From Vibrio vulnificus CMCP6 (GTDB taxonomy: Bacteria; Pseudomonadota; Gammaproteobacteria; Enterobacterales; Vibrionaceae), in NCBI RefSeq assembly GCF_000039765.1, contig NC_004459.3:930001-962000 (forward strand): 32,000 bases of DNA. The letters run 5' to 3'. Below the pieces are notes generated by a model. It was not told where the DNA came from and made no database searches. It was given only the letters and a program-made list of their open reading frames with translations. The position numbers and the translations under genes were made by a program. Shown here piece by piece: positions 1 to 15,631 of the stretch; the stretch's first letter is position 1, and each line of letters opens with the position of its first letter.

Positions 1-1448
<1,448 letters not shown>

Positions 1449-1663
1449 ATACAACCCCAAAGGGTCTTTGTTAAACAACCAAAGTTGCTATCTCATTATT
1501 TGAATGAGCGAGATAGCGTTGATTTTGCCGGACTCAATTTCGAATAGTCACTAAAAGTGACCTTCCCAAGAACACTTGAATGTGTTTGTTGGTGTTTGTC
1601 TTAAAGACAAACATTGAGAACTTTACAAACAACAATAAATTGTTGTTTTGTCAGCTTTCCAAA

Positions 1664-1676
1664 TTGTTAAAGAGCA
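1664..1676 (-). promoter_or_regulatory. boxA antitermination element in the 16S-23S spacer
   Basis: The minus strand reads TGCTCTTTAACAA, identical to the E. coli rrn boxA consensus. Confidence 0.7.
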
Positions 1677-1787
1677 ATGCAATTCTCTACGAGAAACACA
1701 CTTTTTAAAGACTCTCAGCGTCGAAAAATCAACCACAAACATAAAGAAGGTGGTTTTCATCAAGAAACACTAAAAATATTTAAAGAG

Positions 1788-1863
1788 TGGTGGGCGATAC
1801 CGGGTTCGAACCAGTGACCCCCTGCTTGTAAGGCAGGTGCTCTCCCAACTGAGCTAATCGCCC
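1788..1863 (-). tRNA. tRNA-Val (anticodon UAC)
   Basis: The reverse complement is GGGCGATTAGCTCAGTTGGGAGAGCACCTGCCTTACAAGCAGGGGGTCACTGGTTCGAACCCGGTATCGCCCACCA. It is 76 nt with an encoded CCA and the anticodon loop CTTACAA. Confidence 0.95.
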
Positions 1864-1877
1864 ATTGCATTCAAGAA

Positions 1878-1953
1878 TGGTGGAGCTATGCGGGATCGAA
1901 CCGCAGACCTCCTGCGTGCAAGGCAGGCGCTCTCCCAGCTGAGCTATAACCCC
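1878..1953 (-). tRNA. tRNA-Ala (anticodon UGC), isodecoder 1
   Basis: The reverse complement is GGGGTTATAGCTCAGCTGGGAGAGCGCCTGCCTTGCACGCAGGAGGTCTGCGGTTCGATCCCGCATAGCTCCACCA. The G3:U70 identity pair is present. Confidence 0.95.
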
Positions 1954-1967
1954 AACTCTTGAAGTAA

Positions 1968-2043
1968 TGGTGGGTCGTGCAGGATTCGAACCTGCGACCA
2001 ATTGATTAAAAGTCAACTGCTCTACCGACTGAGCTAACGACCC
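1968..2043 (-). tRNA. tRNA-Lys (anticodon UUU)
   Basis: The reverse complement is GGGTCGTTAGCTCAGTCGGTAGAGCAGTTGACTTTTAATCAATTGGTCGCAGGTTCGAATCCTGCACGACCCACCA, nearly identical to E. coli tRNA-Lys as I recall it. Confidence 0.95.
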
Positions 2044-2044
2044 A

Positions 2045-2120
2045 TGGTATCCCGTAGGGGAGTCGAACCCCTGTTACCGCCGTGAAAGGGCGGTGTCCTA
2101 GGCCTCTAGACGAACGGGAC
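2045..2120 (-). tRNA. tRNA-Glu (anticodon UUC)
   Basis: The reverse complement is GTCCCGTTCGTCTAGAGGCCTAGGACACCGCCCTTTCACGGCGGTAACAGGGGTTCGACTCCCCTACGGGATACCA. Confidence 0.95.
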
Positions 2121-2187
2121 ACTAAGATACTCTAAACTTTCTAAACCGTATCAATCTGTGTGAACACTCATCGCAATAATCATCGTA

Positions 2188-3729
<1,542 letters not shown>

Positions 3730-3877
3730 AAAAGTTTTTTTGAAGCTTGCGCTTCGGCTCAATGAATACTGAATAAATTGACTGTGCCGATACTTAGTAT
3801 CGTTTTGGTCACTCAGTTCATTGATAAATCTTTTGGATTATCATCAACGAGTGCCCACACAGATTGATAGGTTTATA

Positions 3878-3889
3878 TTGTTAAAGAGC
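3878..3889 (-). promoter_or_regulatory. boxA element in the rrn leader
   Basis: The minus strand reads GCTCTTTAACAA, about 150 nt upstream of the 16S 5' end. Confidence 0.65.
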
Positions 3890-3926
3890 TTTGCTTTCAG
3901 CGCTTTAGCACTTAAGCAGGACGCGT

Positions 3927-3954
3927 ATAATACGCTATTGACTCTGTAAGTCAA
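3927..3954 (-). promoter_or_regulatory. sigma70 rrn promoter of the downstream operon (only one recognisable)
   Basis: The minus strand reads TTGACT-16 nt-TATTAT followed by the GC-rich discriminator ACGCGTCC. It lies between the upstream operon's 5S and this operon's leader. Confidence 0.6.
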
Positions 3955-4020
3955 CATAAAACTCTAAGCTTTTTGCTTAAAACTTTATGGTGACTGGTCT
4001 AATTAAAGACAAGTCGAACC

Positions 4021-4050
4021 TTTTGTCTTCACTTTTTGAAAAAGTGAAAA
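4021..4050 (-). repeat. Hairpin repeat copy A, immediately 3' of 5S in the transcript
   Basis: The plus strand reads ttttgtcTTCACTTTTTgAAAAAGTGAAaa, a 10-bp perfect stem. It shares the 17-nt string ttttgtcttcacttttt with 4186-4202. No U-tract follows it on the transcribed strand. Confidence 0.8.
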
Positions 4051-4057
4051 TAAATAG

Positions 4058-4177
4058 GAGCCTGGCGATGTTCTACTCTCACATGGGGAACCCCCACACT
4101 ACCATCGACGCTATTTCGTTTCACTTCTGAGTTCGGAATGGATTCAGGTGGGTCCAAAACGCTATGGTCGCCAAGCA
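4058..4177 (-). rRNA. rrf: 5S rRNA
   Basis: The reverse complement is TGCTTGGCGACCATAGCG...CCGAACTCAGAAGTGAAACG...GATGGTAGTGTGGGG...GAGAGTAGAACATCGCCAGGCTC. It is 120 nt and aligns with E. coli 5S throughout. Confidence 0.95.
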
Positions 4178-4185
4178 AATTCTGT

Positions 4186-4217
4186 TTTTGTCTTCACTTT
4201 TTCTAAAAAAGTGAAAG
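4186..4217 (-). repeat. Hairpin repeat copy B, in the 23S-5S spacer
   Basis: The plus strand reads ttttgtcTTCACTTTTTctAAAAAAGTGAAag, the same hairpin as 4021-4050. Confidence 0.8.
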
Positions 4218-4299
4218 CAAAAAATCTGGAAAGCTGTTTATGTTCTCTACACATTCAATGTTCTTACATCGAGTCCATCAAAACCCTTTGGGTGTTGTA

Positions 4300-7186
<2,887 letters not shown>

Positions 7187-7401
7187 ATACAACCCCAAAG
7201 GGTCTTTGTTAAACAACCAAAGTTGCTATCTCATTATTTGAATGAGCGAGATAGCGTTGATTTTGCCGGACTCAATTTCGAATAGTCACTAAAAGTGACC
7301 TTCCCAAGAACACTTGAATGTGTTTGTTGGTGTTTGTCCTAAAGACAAACATTGAGAACTTTACAAACAACAATAAATTGTTGTTTTGTCAGCTTTCCAA
7401 A

Positions 7402-7414
7402 TTGTTAAAGAGCA
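7402..7414 (-). promoter_or_regulatory. boxA element in the 16S-23S spacer
   Basis: The minus strand reads TGCTCTTTAACAA. Confidence 0.7.
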
Positions 7415-7465
7415 GATTTCTTTCGAAACCATTTTTAAAGATTCTTAAGGAAAAACCCTTAAAGA

Positions 7466-7541
7466 TGGTGGAGCTAAGCAGGATCGAACTGCTGACCTCC
7501 TGCGTGCAAGGCAGGCGCTCTCCCAGCTGAGCTATAGCCCC
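7466..7541 (-). tRNA. tRNA-Ala (anticodon UGC), isodecoder 2
   Basis: The reverse complement is GGGGCTATAGCTCAGCTGGGAGAGCGCCTGCCTTGCACGCAGGAGGTCAGCAGTTCGATCCTGCTTAGCTCCACCA. It differs from the 1878-1953 copy by compensatory changes in the acceptor and T stems. Confidence 0.95.
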
Positions 7542-7551
7542 ATCGTTTGAG

Positions 7552-7628
7552 TGGTGGGTCTGAGTGGACTCGAACCACCGACCTTACGCTTATCAGGCGT
7601 ACGCTCTAACCACCTGAGCTACAGACCC
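7552..7628 (-). tRNA. tRNA-Ile (anticodon GAU)
   Basis: The reverse complement is GGGTCTGTAGCTCAGGTGGTTAGAGCGTACGCCTGATAAGCGTAAGGTCGGTGGTTCGAGTCCACTCAGACCCACCA, 77 nt. Confidence 0.95.
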
Positions 7629-7690
7629 ACTAGATACTCTAATCTAAACCGTATCAATCTGTGTGAACACTCATCGCAATAATCATCGTA

Positions 7691-9232
<1,542 letters not shown>

Positions 9233-9379
9233 AAAAGTTTTTTGAAGCTTTCGCTTCGGCTCAATGAATACTGAATAAATTGACTGTGCCGATACTTAGT
9301 ATCGTTTTGGTCACTCAGTTCATTGATAAATCTTTTGGATTATCATCAACGAGTGCCCACACAGATTGATAGGTTTATA

Positions 9380-9391
9380 TTGTTAAAGAGC
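9380..9391 (-). promoter_or_regulatory. boxA element in the rrn leader
   Basis: The minus strand reads GCTCTTTAACAA, in the same leader context as 3878-3889. Confidence 0.65.
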
Positions 9392-9429
9392 TTGCTTTTC
9401 GAGAAGCTTTTCTCTCAAAGCGGAGGTGC

Positions 9430-9457
9430 ATTCTAGCGAGTTAATTTGAAGAGTCAA
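9430..9457 (-). promoter_or_regulatory. rrn P2-like sigma70 promoter
   Basis: The minus strand reads TTGACT-16 nt-TAGAAT followed by GCACCTCC. Confidence 0.55.
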
Positions 9458-9545
9458 ACACTTTTTCAAATTTATTTTCTCAGAAGCTTTTGCCTCACCC
9501 GACCTTGCTGAAGCCTTACGCTGTCTGCCGTGTCGGTGGATGCGC

Positions 9546-9595
9546 ATTATAGGGAAGGCAGTTTCATTGGCAACCCCTAATTTGAAAAAAAGTCA
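9546..9595 (-). promoter_or_regulatory. rrn P1-like sigma70 promoter with an A/T-rich UP-like element
   Basis: The minus strand reads gactTTTTTTCAAATTAgggg TTGCCA-16 nt-TATAAT GCGCATCCACC. The -10 plus GCGC discriminator resembles E. coli rrn P1 (TATAATGCGCC). Confidence 0.65.
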
Positions 9596-9696
9596 CCAAA
9601 AGCGTTTGTTTGATTACAAAGCCAACAATGTGGCGCAAAAGAGAGCAAAACACCCCCTTTCGCGACTAATAAGATGGGGTAAATGATAGGACAAAC

Positions 9697-10410
9697 TTAA
9701 ATAAAGGCGTATGCATCAGCAAACATTCTTTCACGCTTAGCTTGTTTTTGCTGTGTAAATTGCTCTCTTGCTAAGCCAGCCATCTCAAATCGACCTGCGA
9801 TGTAAATATCGTAGTTTTCCAAACTACTGAAATCCTCGTGGATGGCTTGTAATACGTTACCCACTTTGCCCTGCCAATTCGCAGGAGACTCTTCCACGAC
9901 GGAAATAAAATGCACATTCGCATTTTGGCTGGCAATCAAAGCCAACTCTTCGCTCGCGTAAAGTTGTGAATAATCTCTAGCGCCCCAGTAAAGATAAATT
10001 GAGTTTGGCTTATTCTGCGCGATACAGTGATCGAGAATAGAACGTACATAACTAAAACCCGTTCCACCAGCAATGAGTAACATCGGTCTTTCGCTCTCTT
10101 CGCGGATCCACGCATCGCCATGTGGTGCATCGATATCAATATAGCTATCGTTATCCAATGCATTCTGCATCACCTCCACCACTTCAAGTGCATAAGCATT
10201 ATGTTCGGCAGCACCGATATGTAACTCTAACTCCCCTTCGTGACGACAAGGGCTACTGGCAATGGAAAATGGACGCTTGTCTTTCTCACCCATCACCACC
10301 ATGAGATATTGACCTGCTTTAAAGGAGACTGGTTTTTCAGGATGCAATAGGATCTGGTAAGTGTTGCTGGCTAGTGGCTTAATCGACTTTACTTTACATT
10401 GAATTGTCAT
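9697..10410 (-). CDS. fre: NAD(P)H-flavin reductase Fre
   Basis: The 237-aa product aligns end to end with E. coli Fre as recalled ([43 protein letters not shown]). The SD GAGGAA lies upstream. Confidence 0.92.
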   Translation of the reverse strand: MTIQCKVKSIKPLASNTYQILLHPEKPVSFKAGQYLMVVMGEKDKRPFSIASSPCRHEGELELHIGAAEHNAYALEVVEVMQNALDNDSYIDIDAPHGDAWIREESERPMLLIAGGTGFSYVRSILDHCIAQNKPNSIYLYWGARDYSQLYASEELALIASQNANVHFISVVEESPANWQGKVGNVLQAIHEDFSSLENYDIYIAGRFEMAGLAREQFTQQKQAKRERMFADAYAFI

Positions 10411-10424
10411 GGTATTCCTCTGAC

Positions 10425-10697
10425 TTACTCTTCGGCGAAGGTAAGTTCTAAATTACTTTCTGTATAGGCCAGACAAGGAAATATCCAGCCTTGTCGTTGT
10501 TCTTGTTCAGTTAATAGTGGCTCTAGTTGATAACGAATCTCTCCAGAGACTTTTCGGCACATGCACATGGCACATGAACCCATTTGGCAACGGTTTGGAA
10601 ACGCAATGTTATTGTTGAGCGCAGCGTCCAAAACCGTTTCACCTTCTCTAACGACAAAAGAGATATCCATAGGAAGAAGGCGTACCATATGGCTCAT
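10425..10697 (-). CDS. Small plant-type [2Fe-2S] ferredoxin
   Basis: Cys ligand pattern C-x4-C-x2-C ... C ([10 protein letters not shown] ... FPCLA). I prefer the ATG at 10697 because it overlaps the ubiD TGA stop (ATGA) and is preceded by CAGGAG. The longer track ORF (10718) would overlap ubiD by 25 nt. Confidence 0.75.
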   Translation of the reverse strand: MSHMVRLLPMDISFVVREGETVLDAALNNNIAFPNRCQMGSCAMCMCRKVSGEIRYQLEPLLTEQEQRQGWIFPCLAYTESNLELTFAEE

Positions 10698-12547
10698 AGA
10701 ATACCGAACTCCTGCCAAAGCGCATCGACTTTAGCCACAAGTTTAGGATCTTTTTTAATCGGTTTTCCCCATTCTCTCGTGATTTCTTCAGGGTACTTAT
10801 TGGTGGCATCAAAAACCAATTTAGCGCTACAACTCTCACTACCGTCTATCTTCAACGTATCGCGTGCTGGATCCATCCGCGTAGTGATCGCCCAGATGAT
10901 GTCATGCCAATCATCGGCTTTGACATCGTCATCACACACCACGATAAATTTATTGCGCTGTTTGACGCTCTCGACTTGCCATAAGCTTTCTACCACTTCT
11001 TTGCATTGCCCAGCATGGGTTTTATTGATTTTAACAACCATAAACTGACCACTCGCAACCGCTGGCACATAGATATCTGATATTAGAGGATGGACCGCTT
11101 TAAGTGCATTCACATCGATACCAATCTGCGACGCAAACTCTGTGGACACCGTCGCCCCTTGCAATGCTAGCTCCGCCTCCCATTTTATGGTGGCATCTAG
11201 GCCCATCTTTGAACCTAACCCAGCCACAGGTGAGGCAAAATCGAGAGAATCTATCGGCGTGCTCTCAATAAATAGAGAGTCGAGTATTGGGTTCATATTT
11301 TCCGTCATCGCCTTAACGACATCATCCCAATCACGCGCATTCACTGATTCATCACACACCACTACATACTTGGTATACATGAACTGACGTAAAAAAGACC
11401 AAACGCCCATCATCACGCGTTTCGCATGGCCTGGGTATTGCTTTTTCATCGTCACGACAGCCATTCGGTAAGAGCACCCTTCCGGTGGCAGATAGAAATC
11501 TTCTATTTCAGGGAACTGCTTTTGCAAGATTGGCACGAAAACTTCATTGAGGGCCACCCCTAATACCGCGGGTTCATCTGGTGGGCGACCAGTGTAAGTA
11601 CTATGATAGATAGGCTCTTTACGCATCGTAATATGCGTGATGGTAAAAACGTGGTGCTTTTCCTTTTCATTGTAATAGCCAGTATGGTCACCATAAGGCC
11701 CCTCATCGGCATACTCGTTTGGGTCGATATAGCCTTCGAGCACAATCTCTGCACTCGCGGGGATTTCGAGATCATTGCTGACGGACTTAACCACTTCGGT
11801 TTTACTCCCACGCAAGAGACCTGCAAAAGCATATTCCGAAAGTGTATCTGGTACTGGTGTCACCGCCCCTAGAATGGTGGCAGGATCCGCACCGAATGCA
11901 ACCGACACAGGAAAAGGTTTTCCGGGGTATTTTTCCATCCAGTCACGCAGATCCAAAGCCCCACCTCGGTGTGCTAGCCAGCGCATGATGATTTTGTTTT
12001 TCGCGATTTTCTGTTGACGGTAGATTCCCAAATTTTGGCGCTTCTTGTTGGGACCTCGCGTAATGGTTAATCCCCAAGTTAACAGTGGCGCAACATCATC
12101 TTGCCAGCAGCTCATCACGGGAATCTTGTCCAGATCAACCTCTTCACCTTGCCAAACCACTTCTTGGCATGCTGCTTTGCGTAAACGCTTCACAGGCATA
12201 TTTAAAACTTGTTTGAACACAGGCAGCTTATCCAAAGCGTCTTTAAAACCTTTAGGTGGCTCAGGTTCTTTGAGATAGGCAAGCCACTGCCCAACCTCAC
12301 GCAATTCTTTAACTTGTTCTCTTCCCATCCCCATCGCAACACGCTCAGCGGTACCAAATAAGTTTGTCAACACTGGGATATCGTAACCAATTGGGTTTTC
12401 GAACAGTAAAGCCGGGCCGCCCGCTCGTAGTGTTCGGTCACTGATCTCGGTCATTTCATAGGCGGGATCAACTGGGTGAGTAATGCGCTTTAATTGCCCT
12501 TTCTTCTCTAGGTGATTGAGGAAGTCGCGTAAATCCTTAAAACTCAT
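10694..12547 (-). CDS. ubiD: 4-hydroxy-3-polyprenylbenzoate decarboxylase UbiD, long form (617 aa) with an internally duplicated C-terminal segment
   Basis: The product is collinear with E. coli UbiD ([58 protein letters not shown]). It has about 120 extra residues that arise from a repeated block (see findings). Confidence 0.93.
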   Translation of the reverse strand: MSFKDLRDFLNHLEKKGQLKRITHPVDPAYEMTEISDRTLRAGGPALLFENPIGYDIPVLTNLFGTAERVAMGMGREQVKELREVGQWLAYLKEPEPPKGFKDALDKLPVFKQVLNMPVKRLRKAACQEVVWQGEEVDLDKIPVMSCWQDDVAPLLTWGLTITRGPNKKRQNLGIYRQQKIAKNKIIMRWLAHRGGALDLRDWMEKYPGKPFPVSVAFGADPATILGAVTPVPDTLSEYAFAGLLRGSKTEVVKSVSNDLEIPASAEIVLEGYIDPNEYADEGPYGDHTGYYNEKEKHHVFTITHITMRKEPIYHSTYTGRPPDEPAVLGVALNEVFVPILQKQFPEIEDFYLPPEGCSYRMAVVTMKKQYPGHAKRVMMGVWSFLRQFMYTKYVVVCDESVNARDWDDVVKAMTENMNPILDSLFIESTPIDSLDFASPVAGLGSKMGLDATIKWEAELALQGATVSTEFASQIGIDVNALKAVHPLISDIYVPAVASGQFMVVKINKTHAGQCKEVVESLWQVESVKQRNKFIVVCDDDVKADDWHDIIWAITTRMDPARDTLKIDGSESCSAKLVFDATNKYPEEITREWGKPIKKDPKLVAKVDALWQEFGIL

Positions 12548-12639
12548 AGGCCTTCTACATGAAGTGGGTAAACTTGAGGCAGTATAACAAAACGCATTTC
12601 GATAGGATCCGCTAATTTTGTGAGGCTATTTTGCAACTT

Positions 12640-13632
12640 TTATTTTAAAGCTTGTGCGATGAGATGACGCTTAACCGGGTAGCCACCCGATAATACCTCT
12701 TGCAACCATCCCTCATGACCTTGTTTACTGAGCTCTTTCGCCACCAGCACAGCATCATCAGGCAGAGCCATTCTCGTAATAAGAAACTGCTTCACGTCTT
12801 GGGAGAGCGGATGTTTACTTGCCAGCGCCTGAATCGCTTGTTCTTTCAGGCTTGGATTCAACGCTGCCGCCATCACTTGTTGCAACGCCTGTTCATCTCC
12901 CATAGACGCCAAACGTGTTAACTCTGCTTGGCTGTTGTGATCCGCTTTCATCCGCCACAATAGATGATACACATCTGGACGCTCGCTCACTTGAGCAAAA
13001 CGCACGACGACGGCGGAAGAAGGTAACCAAGTGGTGATGGGCTTATCGACTAATTGATTCACTAATCGATCTAACGCTTCTGGCGATAAACTGTCCAACT
13101 CTTTGAGTAGCAAAGATTCACGCAATTGAACTTGATGAGTAGAGCCTGAGAGCCACGTCTGCAAATCAAGCTTTCCTTGCTCCGCTAATAAAATGAACTC
13201 CAACGTGGATTGGTCTTGTTTCCAACGTTTGATAAGTCGACTGGCAATGGCAGGATAGTTAAACGCAGGGACAGTAAACTCGTAACCATCCCCTTTTTCA
13301 ACCACTTGGTAAGCTGGTGTTTGCTTGATTTGTGAATCGACAAAAAGCGCCATCCGAGGCGTTAAGATCACTTGATTTTTCTCAAGCTTATCGAGCAAGA
13401 CATAACGCACCACTTCTTGTTGAGGGAGTGCCAATCGTTCTAAAGAAAACTTCAGCTCATTTGTTTTGTCGCGAAGTGCATAATCCAAAAGTTCAGAGAC
13501 TTTGCTCTCGACTTGTTGATCTTGAAGCCACTGCTGCACCGTGTCGGCTGGCACTTCCTTCGCCAACGCAATCTGCGGCATCCAAAACAGTGATAAAGAG
13601 AGGAGTAGCGACGACAACAATCCATGTTGCAT
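12640..13632 (-). CDS. Secreted/periplasmic hypothetical protein (330 aa)
   Basis: A strong SD (AGGAGG) sits 5 nt before the ATG. The N-terminal signal peptide is MQHGLLSSLLLSLSLFWMPQIALA|KE. The rest is a helix-rich, Leu/Gln-rich sequence and I recognise no family. Confidence 0.7.
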   Translation of the reverse strand: MQHGLLSSLLLSLSLFWMPQIALAKEVPADTVQQWLQDQQVESKVSELLDYALRDKTNELKFSLERLALPQQEVVRYVLLDKLEKNQVILTPRMALFVDSQIKQTPAYQVVEKGDGYEFTVPAFNYPAIASRLIKRWKQDQSTLEFILLAEQGKLDLQTWLSGSTHQVQLRESLLLKELDSLSPEALDRLVNQLVDKPITTWLPSSAVVVRFAQVSERPDVYHLLWRMKADHNSQAELTRLASMGDEQALQQVMAAALNPSLKEQAIQALASKHPLSQDVKQFLITRMALPDDAVLVAKELSKQGHEGWLQEVLSGGYPVKRHLIAQALK

Positions 13633-13687
13633 ATTAACCTCCTGTTAACATTCAAATCCATTCTGAACAGTTATTCGGCTAAATGCA

Positions 13688-13720
13688 AACAAAAACGCCA
13701 CTCGAGGTGAGTGGCGTTTT
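13688..13720 (-). terminator. Rho-independent terminator downstream of rho
   Basis: Stem ACGCCACTC / GAGTGGCGT with a GAGG-type loop. On the minus strand it is followed by TTTTTGTTTG. Confidence 0.8.
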
Positions 13721-13735
13721 CTTAAAGTCAGTCTT

Positions 13736-14995
13736 TTATTGACGGCGCATTGCGTCAAAAAATTCATCGTTGGTTTTCGTCATCGCAAGCTTGTCGATGA
13801 GGAACTCCATCGCGTCTGTTTCGCCCATAGGATGAACAATCTTACGCAGAATCCACATTTTCTGTAGTTCATCTGGCTTCGTCAGCAACTCTTCACGACG
13901 AGTACCAGAGCGGTTGAAGTCAATCGCAGGGAATACACGTTTTTCCGCGATCTTACGGTTCAAATGCAGTTCCATGTTACCAGTACCCTTGAACTCTTCG
14001 TAGATCACTTCGTCCATCTTAGAACCTGTGTCAACCAACGCAGTCGCGATAATGGTTAAGCTACCGCCTTCCTCAACATTACGCGCCGCACCGAAGAAAC
14101 GTTTTGGACGATGCAGTGCGTTTGCGTCCACACCACCAGTCAGTACTTTACCTGATGAAGGGACAACGGTGTTGTATGCGCGAGCAAGACGAGTAATTGA
14201 GTCAAGTAGAATCACCACATCTTTCTTGTGCTCAACGAGACGCTTCGCTTTCTCGATAACCATTTCTGCAACTTGAACGTGGCGAGAGGCTGGCTCATCG
14301 AAAGTAGAAGCAACCACTTCACCTTTCACTAGACGCTGCATCTCGGTCACTTCTTCTGGACGTTCGTCAATCAGTAGAACCATCAACACACACTCAGGGT
14401 GGTTGTAAGTGATACTCTGCGCAATATTTTGTAGCAGCATGGTTTTACCCGCTTTTGGCGGAGCAACAATCAAACCACGTTGACCTTTACCAATCGGCGA
14501 TGCCAAATCCAATACACGCGCTGTGATGTCTTCTGTCGAACCATTACCACGCTCCATCACCATACGCTCATTCGCGTGCAGCGGCGTCAAGTTCTCAAAT
14601 AGGATCTTGTTGCGAGCGTTGTCTGGTCTATCATCGTTAACCGTGTTGACTTTCAACAGTGCAAAGTAACGTTCGCCATCTTTAGGTGGGCGAATTTTCC
14701 CTGCAATCGAGTCACCAGTACGTAGGTTGAAACGACGAATTTGGCTTGGTGATACGTAGATATCGTCCGGACCAGCTAGGTACGAACTGTCTGCACTACG
14801 TAGGAAACCAAAACCGTCTTGCAGAATTTCCAGAACCCCATCGCCAAAGATATCTTCGCCGCCTTTCGCGTGCGCTTTGAGGATTGCGAAGATGATGTCT
14901 TGTTTACGTAAACGCGCCAGGTTTTCCAGACCCAAGCTTTCGCCAAGCTTGACCAGGTCTGATACCGGTTTGTTTTTCAATTCGGTAAGGTTCAT
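13736..14995 (-). CDS. rho: Transcription termination factor Rho
   Basis: A 419-aa product from the ATG at 14995 (MNLTELKN...) matches E. coli Rho almost residue for residue, including the Walker A motif PPKAGKT. The track's 8-codon extension starts at a TTG and is not supported by homology. Confidence 0.97.
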   Translation of the reverse strand: MNLTELKNKPVSDLVKLGESLGLENLARLRKQDIIFAILKAHAKGGEDIFGDGVLEILQDGFGFLRSADSSYLAGPDDIYVSPSQIRRFNLRTGDSIAGKIRPPKDGERYFALLKVNTVNDDRPDNARNKILFENLTPLHANERMVMERGNGSTEDITARVLDLASPIGKGQRGLIVAPPKAGKTMLLQNIAQSITYNHPECVLMVLLIDERPEEVTEMQRLVKGEVVASTFDEPASRHVQVAEMVIEKAKRLVEHKKDVVILLDSITRLARAYNTVVPSSGKVLTGGVDANALHRPKRFFGAARNVEEGGSLTIIATALVDTGSKMDEVIYEEFKGTGNMELHLNRKIAEKRVFPAIDFNRSGTRREELLTKPDELQKMWILRKIVHPMGETDAMEFLIDKLAMTKTNDEFFDAMRRQ

Positions 14996-15134
14996 GGTGG
15001 TGGATTCTTGTTTAGTCAAAATAAGATCTGTTTTCTAGTTAAGATGGATTTGGTCTCAGGATCGACCAAGAAGAGAAAGTTGTTTAATTAACGTGCGATA
15101 AATTAGCACTAAATAAAACTCTAGTCCAGAGTTT

Positions 15135-15178
15135 GAAAAAAACAAAACCGCGCATTTTGATATTGCACGGTTTTGTTA
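15135..15178 (-). terminator. Rho-independent terminator downstream of trxA
   Basis: Long stem AACAAAACCGcGCA / TGCaCGGTTTTGTT, followed on the minus strand by TTTTTTC. Confidence 0.75.
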
Positions 15179-15193
15179 TTAATCACTTATGGA

Positions 15194-15520
15194 TTATAGG
15201 TTCGCATCCAAAAACTCTTTCAATTGAGTTTTTGACAGTGCGCCCACTTTCGTCGCAGCTACGCTGCCGTTTTTGAAAAGCAGCAGGGTTGGGATGCCAC
15301 GAATACCAAACTTAGGTGGTGTGCCCGCGTTGTGGTCAATATTCAGTTTGCCGATAGTGAGTTTGCCTTCGTACTCTTCTGCGATTTCGTCCAGGATTGG
15401 GGCAATCATCTTACAAGGACCACACCATTCTGCCCAAAAATCAACTAGTACTGGGCCTGCAGCGTTGATAACGTCGTTTTCGAAACCTTCGTCAGACAGC
15501 TGCAAAATCTTGTCACTCAT
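15194..15520 (-). CDS. trxA: Thioredoxin 1
   Basis: A 108-aa product from the ATG at 15520 (MSDKILQL...). It has the WCGPC active site and is near-identical to E. coli TrxA over [22 protein letters not shown] and [14 protein letters not shown]. Confidence 0.97.
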   Translation of the reverse strand: MSDKILQLSDEGFENDVINAAGPVLVDFWAEWCGPCKMIAPILDEIAEEYEGKLTIGKLNIDHNAGTPPKFGIRGIPTLLLFKNGSVAATKVGALSKTQLKEFLDANL

Positions 15521-15631
15521 CTTCCACTCCAATGTGTTTTTCGAAACTGGTTGGATGATAACCAGTAATTTGATGCTCTATTGGAATGTATTTGCTTTCT
15601 TAATGCAAGCTTTAGCTGATATTCTATAGCC

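Noticed and set aside
1780-2016. 78-aa minus-strand ORF.
   Set aside because: It reads straight through the tRNA-Val, tRNA-Ala and tRNA-Lys genes. It is an artefact of the stop-free tRNA sequence.
7318-7530. 70-aa plus-strand ORF in the second spacer.
   Set aside because: It covers the boxA/spacer region and runs into tRNA-Ala on the opposite strand. It is AT-rich low-complexity translation.
10584-12278. Antisense or overlapping ORFs within ubiD (10584-11048, 10648-10839, 11142-11387, 11560-11832, 11603-11872, 11775-12017, 12045-12278).
   Set aside because: They are shadow ORFs of a strongly supported, homology-confirmed gene. The same reasoning applies to the shadow ORFs inside fre, rho, trxA, rhlB, gppA, recQ, the LysE gene, uvrD, the DUF692/DUF2063 genes and the MFS gene.
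14996-15019. N-terminal extension of rho (TTG start). Analogous track extensions occur for trxA (15521-15532), gppA (16869-16946), yhhQ (19193-19249), recQ (21612-21653), DUF2063 (28603-28734), DoxX (29387-29500) and the MFS gene (31557-31748).
   Set aside because: Homologue N-termini and SD placement support the shorter forms. Several of the extensions overlap the upstream gene or a divergent gene.
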